DNA of 62,491 bases, the filler included. It is 14 parts of 14 records of this genome, joined end to end, with 100 filler letters (N's around TTAATTAATTAA, not from the genome) between each part and the next. Parts side by side here need not be neighbours in the genome. Positions count along the whole stretch, not along the records: positions 9,947 to 16,012 come from SRR15195285_10143; positions 16,113 to 22,030 come from SRR15195285_10156; positions 22,131 to 25,478 come from SRR15195285_10161; 11 more parts are not named here. The stretch is one strand, 5' to 3'. A model generated the notes under the pieces. The model was not told the DNA's origin. It made no database searches and was given only the letters and a program-made list of their open reading frames with translations. This document shows, one piece after another, positions 10,505 through 22,330 of this stretch (positions are counted from its first letter, which is position 1; each line of letters starts with the position of its first letter). A program made the translations under genes and the position numbers.

Positions 10505-13500
10505 ATGACAGCACCGCACGGCCGCGTACGCGTGTCAACGGCATCGGATGTTGTGCGAGCAGGCGCGTGCGTGCGTGCGCTGGTGGGGCTGCTTGTTCAT
10601 GCCAGCATTCTGGCCCGAGCGCCAGCTGGCGCCGTTGAATGGGCGCGCGCATCTGCCGAACAGAATGAGGCCATCGCCCAGGCGCTGCAGCAGATTTGCG
10701 AAGTCAACCCGAACGCCACGATGTGTCCTGAGGCATGTACGAACAAATTTTATCAGGAGCAGCAGGACTCTTGTTCGCAGCTCACCCGAGATATGCGCCT
10801 GCATGGGCGCGCGGGCGAAGCTTGCCCAGATTGGTCGTTTCTTTGCTGCAATCCTGCTTGTCTGGTTCCCCTAGGAGAGATATCGGAGATATATCCAAGC
10901 GACAGCGCATGCTCAGACCGCAATCTTGTTGAGTTAAGCAAAGCATCGGGCGAGATAACGGACGAACAGCACGCTGAAATTACCGGATATATGGTCACAT
11001 CCATGAGTACCTTCAGCCAAGTCGATCGTTCTAAATACTGTTCTCGTGAAACCCCGTTGGTATGCCTTCAATCCATTGGGTCGGAGATAGACTGTGTTGA
11101 GCGCAAACAGCCCTCGAGTAACGTGGGCCAGTGTCACTGCTGGAACGAGACTGCAACGCCGTGTGGGCAGACGGGCATGGAGTGGAAAGGAGTTGACTGC
11201 AGCCATGGGAGTGAGCAATTCACATGGTCGCTGTGAGTGCTTGGAATCTTGCTTGGTTCGATCTTGACACACCCTTCAGCGCGTGCACGTGATAGCTCGG
11301 ATTCTCACGCATCGACCCATGCATTGTGCGCACAAGCAGAGACCTGCGTGACAGCATGATATCCGAGATCCCCGCAAACACTCCTCTACGCAATATGAGA
11401 GACCTTCTGTTTGTGTGAGATCAGCTTGAGTCTCTTCCCTCTGGTCTCTTTTTGCCCGTAACTTGGTGGCTCACGCTCTCCGACTTCGCTGTGCGCTTAG
11501 CTACGTAAGTGGGAACCAAGATTTGGAGACCTATCCGGTCATTAGTATCGAGCGGTGTGACATTGGCTTCTACGAGACAGACGGTGGGCAGGTGTGTGCA
11601 CGCTGTCTCAGCACAGGCTTGAAAGATACATTCTTGCCATTCGCGGGGTTTGTGGCTGCGATCGTCTCAATCGGAACGTTGATTTACCACGTCGCGAGCT
11701 CAGCATGGCGGCCAAGCAACCGGCCTGGCCCGGAATGTGTCGTCCACTGCGGCCGATATCAAAGCGCTGCGGAGGTGGCACAACAGTGGCATGATGCTTT
11801 GGCAATACATCTCGATTTGTCTGCTGAGGAGGTTGCAGTAGACCGCGCTTTCTCATTTGGTATCGAGGTCGGCGACGAAATCGAAGTGCTCGACAAGAGC
11901 GAAATGAAGCGTACGAAACTGTGGTACCATTCGGCGGTGCTAAGGTGGCTACTTTGGGCGGCGCTCGCTGGCGCGCTCTACGCTGCACTAACAAACGCCT
12001 CCAAGACCGATCAGATTGCACGCGCGGTCTCCAATGTAATGGAATACACCATATTCATAGTCTTGTGTTGCTGCGGCCCGTGCTGTGTGTGTTTCGGAAT
12101 CTGGAGACGATCTGCAAAGAAACGTGACAGAGAGCGCTGGTGGCAAGAGGATCTCTCTGGAACTGTGCTGCAGATCGAGCCGCGAGTCGAGGTGTCTTTG
12201 CACGGAGATCCGGGCAGGTGGGAAGTTCCTGCACACAGTTTGCGTAAACTGCCGCCGAGTGCAGTTGGGGCCAACCAAATGCCAGCTCTATGTTTTTGTG
12301 TCACAGAAGATTGGGCCACAGCAGCAACCACGCACTTATCCTGCATATTACCAGCCGAAGCTGCTCCTGGAAAGACACTTCGGATTGATACAGGTCACCA
12401 GGATATTGATATGCCTGTACCTGCCGGTGCACAGCCTGGCGACAAGGTTCGAGTTACTGCAGATGGCTTCGTGGACGACTGTATCCACACTTTGGTACGG
12501 CGCGCTGGAGCTTCCGAGGCACTCTTGCGGCTGGAGAAGGCCGAGCTGGTGGGAGCAGTTAGTGCACTGACAAGCGAACAGGTTGAGCACCTGTCTGCGG
12601 GCGTGATATTCGTCTTGTGCGGTGAATCCGTGCCGAGCTCCGCGAATGTGGTCCGTATACTTTCGCTACTGCACGTCAGCGACCAACAGGTTGTGACTGT
12701 TGATTTGCATGGACAAGTGGATCTTGCAGACCAGGACAAGTTGAGGCACAAAACAGCTGCGCTCAATTATCTCGACAACTTCCTTGCCGCATCTCGCCAC
12801 GACGGTGATCACTTGCAACAGCAAGGTAGGTTCACAGACGCCATGGATGATTCTGTGAATGCACGCGAAGCCCTAGTGGGCGCAGGGTCGCAGCGAACCT
12901 TGCAGCAGGCAGCCACACAGCTAGGCAGCTTGGCGAAGATCGTGACAGCACAGTTGCAACAGAGCTTCGCGTTCCTGAACTTGAACCTAGAGTGGCCATG
13001 GTATCTGCGCCTGCTCGGCAGTAAAATCGGCAGCTGGATTCGGTTTGATTTGCCACAGCTTGTTCCGGTTGCATGCATTGTCGGCGGAGGCAGCATGAAC
13101 CAACGATATGCGATGTTGGTCTGGATGTTAGTGGCAATTCCACTACCGATCATCACCCTCCGCGCGCTCATCAAAAGGAACCGGAAACAGTGGGAAACAG
13201 TTGGCGATGAAGCAGCAGCTGTTCGAGCAGCTCATCAGACCAATTTTGGGTGGGCAGTTTTCACCCTGGTCAGCCCTATGGGGTTTGCAGTGATCGCTGA
13301 CGTAACTGTTCGCAATACGTCGGCTGGAACTTCATCGCCGATGGTGACTTTCGGCTGCATTTGTCTAGCGACGCCGATTGTAGTCCTACTGCCAGGATAC
13401 GCGCTTGTACAATTGAAAAGGGCTCAAATGGCAGGTACCGTTCATTCGCGTGCGTTTGAGTCTCGATTCGGCTGGCTATGCGCACGCTATCGGGCCCGAT

Positions 13501-15541
13501 GTGCGTGGTGGGAGCTGCTGTATCTTGAAGCGCGCTTTGCTACCGCAGTTGCAGGAGCGCTCTCTACGATGCATCCGATGCAAGCAACTCAGCTTATAAT
13601 CGCCATCACTTCGTTCATGCTGTTTGCTCAACTAATCCTGAAACCATTCGCGGAAACAGCAGACGAGGCCCAGCACTGGTCGTCAAACAATAAGATAGCC
13701 GCCGTAGGCTACGTATCCCAGCTTATCGTGCTCGGGTCTGGAATGCTTTCGTTACACATGGATTGGGAAGAGGATCCGCCGGCTGGAAACGCAGAGGCCG
13801 AGATTGGTATCGCGGAAGGCCTAGTTTCTATGTTGACTGTTGTTGCCATGCTGACACCACTTTTCTTGTCGTTCTGGATCTTGCTGATGAGTCGCTCCGC
13901 CGACATCATTGAGGAGGAGGATAGTCCTCGAGACAGTAATGAAACTTACACGCAGAACCCACTGACATCCGATGCAAGCGTAGATGAGGGCACCGAGCCT
14001 GAGGACCTCGACAATTTGGTGCAAGTGAAATCAGTCAAGCTCGTTGACAATACCGAGAGTGAGCTGATGATCGACGGACAAGGCCTGGAGTATACAACGC
14101 TTAGTGCCACATTGTGTCGTGTATCAAAAAGTACAACGAGCAAAGTGGTCCGTACTCTGGCACCCGGAGAAGTGGTGGTAGTTGTCGAAGAAACTTATTC
14201 CAATGGGCACCATCGTGCACGAATCGGAGATCACGAGTGGGTCAGCATTGAGACGTCAACTGGCAAAATAGTTATGCGACCTGGCAGGGTACAATCCGCT
14301 GATCCAAACGCTGGAATGTACAAAGTCATTGCAAAGACACCAGTCCACGAAACGATTGACGTCTTGGACCAAAAAGTGGTTGCGATGCTCAACATCGGTG
14401 AATTTGTCGTAGTGGATAGAACCGCACGTACAGCAACCCAGGAGTCCCATCTGCGAGGCCGGATCGATCGAGGTGGTGGTCTGTTCTACTGGTGTTCCAT
14501 TTCCCTAGGGACACCAGGCTCGTACAATATGCTGAAGACATGTCCTGGGGAGTCACCAGCAGCCTACACGGTCGTTGCAGACACAGCTGTATATTCTGGC
14601 GTATCAGTCGAGTCCAAACAATCAGGCAGCCTTGCCGCAGGTTCAGTTGTTGACGTGTTTGAATTGCTCGAAAGCCCACCAGGTGCTCAAGGCCACGTTC
14701 GAGGGCGCGTCACTGGTACGTAAAGACGATCCCATTAGTACAATCGCACCAGGTCGCAGGCCTGTCTACGGACACGTTGGTAGGCCGCCTGTGATCCATG
14801 TGTGCTGCGTGCTGCCAACTACATGATATTTTTATGCATGTTCCTGTGTACGTAGACAAGGAGTGGGTGAGCATCACCACCACCGAGGGAGAGGAATTTG
14901 TTCGTGCTAATGTTTCGACGCAGGTGCAGCAGATGCAGGTCGTGTGTCCAGTCGGCATATCTTGTGGTGCTCTTATTGCGGTAAACACCCCAGATGGCCG
15001 ACAGATGCAAGTACAAGTGCCACAAAATGTGACTCCGGGTATGCCTTTCTACGTCAATATCATGCCTGCCTCTGCGGCGGCTGGAGAGCCATCCAATTTA
15101 CGCCAGCTCAGGATATTGCACAAGGCTACCGTTCGCGAGTCAGCAAATGTCCGCAGCCGGGAGGTCGGGGTGTTGGTTCCAGGCGAGGTTGTCCCGTGGC
15201 TCGAGGAGGGCATGGACAACAGCAGCGGCCACCTGCGCGTGCGGATTGGTGACAACCAATGGATCAGCCGCGTGACGCCTGGGAATAATGCACTCGCGTA
15301 CGAACCTACCACACCAGGTGTAAGCAAGCTGCAGGTTGTGCAGACAGCTACCGTACGAAGTGGCGCGGGCGTCGACAGCAACAAGGTTGGTGAGTTGACC
15401 AGGGGCACAGTTGTGGTGGCGCATGAGGAGCTTGAGTTAGGTGGGCATGTGCGCGTCCGCATTACCGTGGAACGGGGCCAAGATCAATGGATCAGCCGCG
15501 TGACCGCAAAGGGGGCGCTGTTGGCCGAGCTGTTCGTCTAG
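10505..15541 (+). CDS. Large receptor-like membrane protein: Cys-rich/LRR ectodomain, multi-TM (about 7TM, TRP/GPCR-like) core and five C-terminal SH3b-like repeats
   Basis: LRR cap EWKGVDC plus a short LRR exon LDLRDSMISEIP..; CDIGFY..CARC; core motifs LNLEWPW and RFGWLCARYR..WWELL; repeats of type TVRE..S..VG.L..GE.V..E......R.RI...WIS. Introns at about 11234-11339, 11410-11500 and 14716-14855. Confidence 0.7.
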
Positions 15542-15899
15542 ACATACTAGACAAATGGACAAACGCAGACACCATGTGGAAGAATCAAACTGTGCAGAGC
15601 CCGAATGTTGACCAAACTGAAGTAATTCGAGTGATATTCAAGTGTGAGAAATGGCGGATTGTGAACGCAGCACTTTCTAGCACCGCCACCCGACGGGTGC
15701 CGGTGGACAGTGCCAGCCATTGCGGTGTGGACTCAAAAATAATGGAATCGAGTACTTTAATAGCTCTATTTTTTTAAAATGTGTGTGTTGGGTTTCGTAG
15801 ACCTTTTTCGGAAAAGTAAATTTCACGAAGATTTTCTGCATGCCTGCATACTTGCATACCTGCCCCGTTTTTAAAACATTAGTATAAAACCTCGGACGG

Positions 15900-16012
15900 A
15901 TCAATTTCAGTCAGATTTCCAGTAAGTCATAATCAGAATTCGGAATTCTGCATGCAGTCAATTCGAAAATTCTCAGAACCAGTCAGAATTCCGATCATGC
16001 AAAATCCATTCC
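15900..16012. repeat. AT-rich degenerate CAGTCA/GAATTC repeat tract at the contig end
   Basis: Repeated CAGTCA(G/A) and (CA)GAATTC units, including the inverted CAGAATTCGGAATTCTG, in an AT-rich stretch unlike the flanking coding DNA. Confidence 0.5.
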
Positions 16013-16194
16013 NNNNNNNNNNNNNNNNNNNNNNNNNNNNNNNNNNNNNNNNNNNNTTAATTAATTAANNNNNNNNNNNNNNNNNNNNNNNNNNNNNNNN
16101 NNNNNNNNNNNNAAGCCGATCACAGTGATGTCGGCTATTCCGGCCGGACGCCCAAGTGGAGGGTGAAGACTGTTCCACCATTGTATTCTATCAT

Positions 16195-16479
16195 TTAAAA
16201 ACAACTCATTTCACCATTACTCCTCCTGTCTGCGCGGAAGCGGCTGCGGTTCATCGAGCTCATTGCGAGATAATGGTCGGCATGCAAAGGATAGCGCTCT
16301 GACGCCACTTGCTGCCATGCGCGGGTAACATCACGCCCACCGAAATCCGCTTCAAAGCTGTAATCCTCGAGAACAAATCCGTCAACGTAAGGTATGATCG
16401 ACAGTCGGTCCCCAAGACTCACTGCCAAACCGGTCGTTCGCCCATAACTCAGCAATCCAAGCTCTGCCCCCATCGCCAT
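16195..16479 (-). pseudogene. Divergent actin-like fragment (equivalent to about actin residues 135-200)
   Basis: AELGLLSYGRTTGLAVSLGDRLSIIPYVDGFVLEDYSFEADFGGRDVT..ERY aligns by eye with actin [49 protein letters not shown]..ERGY. The actin N-terminal third is absent. Confidence 0.7.
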
Positions 16480-16509
16480 CGCACGAAAGCATCCTCGACT
16501 CGATCACTC

Positions 16510-19500
16510 TCATACAAGAATGTCGGCCACGTCAATCGCGCTGCCGATGGCCACTTGGAGCTCAGCGATCTGATCTGCGGCGGGAGCAGTGCCGAGGAGC
16601 GTGTGGATGGAGGCCTTGAGACGTGCGGTGCCTTCTGCGCCCCTTCCATCCTTGTCCAAGACGTGCACCTTCAGGTCTCGTAAGCAAAGCACCTCGTACA
16701 GGAACAATCCAAGGTCAGCGATGTAGTCCAAGGCAGACTCGAACGCCGCCTCAGCTTCTTGCGGTCTGCCCAAGAAAGCTAAGCAACGTCCTTTGGACGT
16801 GTGACCCTTCCAATGAGTGATCGGAGCGACCGATCCGGCCTGGGAAAAGTCGGTGCTGATGGCAGCCTCTGCATACAACAACGCTTGATCATACAGCGCA
16901 AGCTTCTCACATACCCACGCAGCCATCGTGAACGAGTTCATGACCGAGTGCATCAGATTTTGACAGCAGTGTGGAAAGCCACCCTTGGAGAAAACGACCA
17001 GGTCCTTGACACTTGGCAACGACGTCGAGATCTCATCGATGCTCAACCCGCTTTCATCGATATCTACCACCAGCAACCATGCCAGCTTCAAGACCCACGA
17101 CCAATGTTCTGCACTGTCGAGGTGTTGACCCATTGTCCTGCGACAGAGGGCAAACAGAGGTAGCACGCAGATAAAATCGGTCAGGATCATTTCAGACTGA
17201 CACAGTGGTTGCATATTTTGCTTACGTATCTCCACGAGGGCGCACAGTTGGAATATAAACCACCATCTTATCGATAAAAGTATCGATCGACTGCCAGTTT
17301 AGACCTGCCTTGCTGAAGAGGGGTCGGCACTGCTCAGAGCGTCCCAATATGTACCCGAATTCTGTCTGGCCAATGGGTTGAAACGTCACGTTTAAGGCCT
17401 CTACAGCTAGCTCGGGATCGTCGACCATACATTCATACAGCTTCAGTGAGCGTTCGAAGCACCGATTTGCAGCCACGAGATTGCCGTAATGAACAGCGAG
17501 ATATCTGGATGGCAGGACCCAGGTAAGACACGGATCTTGGCCACAGGCGATTTCAGTTAGTTTCTTGTGATGTACCTGCACCATGTATGGTCAAATCATC
17601 TGCTGTGCAATGTTCACCACATCAAATACGGGTATCCTCATCTAAGCTTGCGTTTCAAACGGCTTACGTCGTAATTGTAGCGATCGCTTATCCACAACAA
17701 CAGCTCAGCATTTGAACCGAAGATTCCATCCCAGTCAAAGCGCTCGTGACGCAAAGCCATCTCGTAGCATGCGAAACAGGTCAGAGTCAATCCTGCTTGT
17801 AGACGCTGTGTTTCATCTTGAATCACTCGCGCAGCTTTTGAAGCTGCTTCCATCTGCGCATGTAAGATTTAGTTTTTTAAAATATAGATGCGATTTAGTA
17901 ATCTGCGCTATAACTTACAAAGCGCAGAAAAGCCTCTGCAAAAAGGAGTCCATCGTCCCCAATTTCGCCAGTAAATGCCGTCAGGCTTGACGGATAGAAC
18001 AGTGCCATCTCAGTAACAGCTGGAATTTGATCGGCCACTGGGGCGCCCACAAGATATTCCAGGCCTGAGACCGAGTACATCCAGCATGAGTAGTAATGTA
18101 CAACACTGGAGTGCAAGACTGAGTCAACACGTACGCGGCAAAAACCGATAGTCAACCGGGTCAAACTTCGATAGCAGCTGCACCAATACCTCCAGCTCTA
18201 AACGTTCCTCATCTGCGCGATGTTCAGATGCTTCACCAGCCGCCAGTTCTCCGAGAGCATCCATGGCTCTGCGTTCAATCTCAAGCTTCGCAGGTATGTC
18301 ATGACCATCTGTCAAAGCACACCTTCCGGCATTCGCAGCCAGCTTAGCCACGTCGAACTTCCGTCCGTCATCATTCGCCTTCTCCACTAGTTGCAGCAGC
18401 TTTTCGTAGCCGAGAAATCTGCCAGCACTCCTGACGATATCGTCCTGCGGTGTATCTCCAAGCCAATAGTTGATTGCGTGCTGATCGTTCTCCCAGTCAG
18501 AATTCCAGCCATGCTGAATATGCTTGGAGCAGTAATCGCGCACGTAGCGCGATATCAGAGTGTTGCCCGCATTATTCCACTCAGGCGACTTGGAGACGGC
18601 ATCAACTGGCCGAGCGGCACGCAGTAAGTCCACCAGCCTTCGATGAGATTGCCGTAGTTCTTCGTCCGTGTGCTGAGATGCGACGAAGTCGCCAACGATG
18701 TCTGCCGATGGACACGAACAATAAGTTGACGTTGTCAACCAGTTTGTTGTCAATAACTTGGTCGTCACGTTATGACAAGAATGCCATTCGCGAGGTCAAG
18801 GAGTGGAACTCACCGTGCAATGCAGGACGGTCAACTGACCCAAGGACAAGTGACCTGCGAACACGGCTGGTTTGTTACCACGACTGGACTGCCGGCACCA
18901 TTGCACCATTGCACCATTGTAAGACTTACCTGTCGATCAGCTGCTTTATCAAGCGCCGAGTGGTGAGCACGTTGGGACGTTTTCTGAATGTTCCGTCCAG
19001 CTTGGGGACGGCCTCGAACATAATCGCTAATATCAATGGAGGTACCACCGCATCTTCAGGAAGCAGAGCCAGCGCCTTGAACATATGAAGCACGTTCTCC
19101 CGCTGTGGCCCACGGATGCTGTTAAGGCTCGCGCAAATCACAGACTCTTCCACCGTGCGCTCTTTGTCAGCAGACTCTTCCCGCATCATATCTACAATGC
19201 CTTCCCATTCGTCTACTTCAAGGCCCAACCCGATGTCTTGGACAAGTTTGCCCGCTATCGAGATCGATAGAGGCAGGAGCTTGCAGAATTGTACTAGCTC
19301 CCGGGTCTGCGGCGGTACATCGCCGTCAGCACTGAGTCCGGCAGTCGAGAGCAGCATCTCGACGGCTTCCGCTTCTGTAGGCAGCCCGATGGTTACAAGC
19401 TCGGTTCGCATGGAGCTGCTGCTCTGGATCACTTGGTGGACCCGTGAGGACAGCAACACTTTGCCCCCGCTGTCTTCATCGATAAAGTTCAGCAGTTTCT

Positions 19501-21692
19501 CTTGCTCTGGATCCCAGCAATCGTCCAGTACGAGGAGCAACCTCTTCTTCTGCATTGCTAATTGCAAACTTTGCTTACGTTGCGAGTCAGGCTCGTCACC
19601 GGTGAATACGGCACCAGTCAGCTGCTGAAGCACCAAACTTTGCACATGTATCGGCGACGGCGTTTGCCCGAGAGTTACCTGCTCGCATGAATTAGATTCT
19701 CGGAAAATTCAGTGGAAGTAAAATGATGGACGGACGCCTTCTTGGTTTTGATTTCTACTCGGAGGACTAATTTGTCAAAGTACTCACCCATGCGATGGAC
19801 TCAAATTGCTCCCGGACACTGTGTTGCCTCACCAGCCAGCTAGACACTACCGTCTTACCTATCCCACCCATGCCCTGCAACCAGTTTGTTTGCAAACAGA
19901 CCAAAATTCCTGAGCAACACCCGGCAGCGACAGGCCACATGGGTGGCGATTTGATTGTTGCTGTGTTGTTTACCAGAAAGCCAATTCTGTGAGCCTCTCC
20001 GTCGACCAGATGGGAAAGAAGCTCCTTCATGGGCTGAGTCACAAACACACCCAATGGGAGCTCTGGGACATCTGCGGGCACCATTGCTTGGGCGCGTTCG
20101 TCCTCCTTGGACATCATTGCCCGCGAGTCAGGTTGAATTGAGTATGTGTCGTTCTCCTTTTTCAGACGGTCGAGCTCGCCACGTAGATCGCTGACGGAGA
20201 AGTCAGGCGATCCGGACATCTGGAGTTCAAAGTCATCTGACTCGGGATTAGGCGATAGTGCAAGCATTATCTGGCGCATGAGACCGTCAATGCCCTCTTC
20301 TGCCGAAGCCTCATCGGAAATCGGCGTCCACAAGATGCCAGCGGTCAGCAGACCAAGCCACCCGGACGGCGTGTAGTTCTCTTGCACCATCACTGGGACA
20401 ATTGGAATGCCTGTTTGCTGCGCAAACTTTAGCTCCTGCAAAATTTAGCGACGCACAACGGCACGAGAGTGACATCAGGTCTAACAAATATTCGCGCACT
20501 GCTCCTAGCTGCCCATGTCTTCTTCTTCTACTCGAATAGCACGCTCGTGCTAAAAAATGCCCAGTCACGCCCCGAGCGGAACAAAATGAGCATTATGGGC
20601 AAAGGTGGATCGGTTCCTTGCTGAGCTACTCAGCCTGGCAGCTGCGTACTATTATTCCATTTGCATCCACCCCAATGGTAGTGTGTTGCTGCTCAATGAG
20701 ACTAAGGTCAATTGTGAACACCGCAATCCCAAAGTGGCAACGCACCAGCTTGCAGTTGACCGAAGATTCATACTTCTCGGTCATGAATGGGATGATACAG
20801 GCAGCGTTACTGACTCCCTCGGCCATGGAGTCGTAGATGTCGGTTTGCATGCCACCGTCTGTGGGCAGCCGGCGCCACCAGTATGAGCAATTAAATGCAC
20901 ATCATACGAGCTTTTTTGCCAGACCTTTAAGAGGTTAGACGCACCGATGTCCATCCACGTCGGGATGCCCTTTTTGTTCAGCATATCACGTGCGGCTACC
21001 ACCAAGGCCTGGGCGTCCCACTGATATGATAAGATGGCGTGCTTGTCTCCAAATAGGCCTGCTTGCGCGACAGCCACGTTGGCAGTGCCGTAGTGTGCGG
21101 AAACAGGGGTGTCTCTGTCCTTAGCTACGGTCTCACTGTCGCTGAACCCAGCCTTCTCCATGACAAGCGCAATTAGAGCGGCCTTCACGTCATCGGCATC
21201 GTCCGCCTCGTCAATTTTGTCTTCATCAACGCCTGCCTCGGCTGCGCGCTTTTTCAACGCGCGTGGCTTCAACGACTCCAGGTCTTCTGCGAGAGCCGCT
21301 GCTGCCTGTTGGCGTGTGGGGTCGTTCGTAGCTTTCTCGATAATCAGAGCAATAATGGTGGCCTTAACGTCATCAGCGTCGTCTGCCTCATCGAGCTTCT
21401 CTTTGTCCACACCAAGCTCCCGAGCACGGTTTTTGAGAGCACGGGGTTTCAGCGTCTCCAGCTCGTCTCGAAGAGCCTGCGCTTGAGAGGACTTTGCATT
21501 TTCTGCTTCTTGCTTCAAAATAAGGTCCACTAGTGTAGCCTTCACATCATCCGCATCGTCGGCTTCGTCGATCTTGTCCTCGTCGACGCCGACCTCCGCG
21601 GCCCGCTTTTTAAGTGCCCGAGGCTTGAGGGACGAGAGTTCTGTGCGCAGCGCTGCAGACTCCGGCGGGGTCCCCTCCGGAATGGACGCCAT
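16510..21692 (-). CDS. NLR-like STAND protein: three SAP/HeH-like repeats, TIR, NB-ARC (APAF-1 type), helical region and TPR; multi-exon
   Basis: TIR HAILSYQW..WMDI/DGG..SVNCKL/ELKFA (introns 20859-20944 and 20436-20745); P-loop GMGGIGKT; Walker B LLVLDDCW; KVLLSSR; CKLLPLSISIAG (GLPL-equivalent); LH/D (MHD-equivalent, split by an intron near 18815); TPR KGRCLAFLGRPQEAEAAFESAL. Confidence 0.85.
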
Positions 21693-22330
21693 GTGATCCC
21701 TCTGGCAGCGGGCGCTCTCGACTGGCAGCGGGTGCTCTCCCAGCCTCTCTGCAACCCTCGTACCACCACCCAGTACCAAGTAGTTTTACACGGCCTCAGG
21801 AGCAAAATACAGCCGCAAGGCGCAGCGGACCCGGCGCCTCGTGCTCCTCCCCGGGGGGCGGTACGTAGGTGCCCCAAGCGCTCCGTCTCGGGATCCGTCG
21901 CGCCGGCCTCTAGAGGGCTAGCTAGCGCGCGGACTGCGCGCTCATCCACGTCTCCAACGCGCGGTCTCGCGCGGCACGTCTGAACTGGACGTGATCGAGA
22001 CCTTCGGAGCAGGAGGAAGAGGCACGAGAANNNNNNNNNNNNNNNNNNNNNNNNNNNNNNNNNNNNNNNNNNNNTTAATTAATTAANNNNNNNNNNNNNN
22101 NNNNNNNNNNNNNNNNNNNNNNNNNNNNNNTGAGCGGCTAGCAGAAGAGCTAAGACAGTGTAAGGCTGAGACTGGCAACGACGTTGAGATGCGCAGTAAG
22201 CTCGTCCAGAAGGTGGTGGCACAGGCCAAGGTAGCTGGAGGTGCAGCGTAAAAACATTTATCTGACAGACTAATCGAATCTTTGTAAAACGCAGCAGCGC
22301 GATGCTACGGCGCTCGGCCACGAAAGAGCC

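Noticed and set aside
16500-16512. Selenocysteine or genome-wide UGA recoding joining the NLR to the actin fragment
   Set aside because: There are two TGAs with no redox motif, and many genes here end normally in TGA, so the code looks standard.
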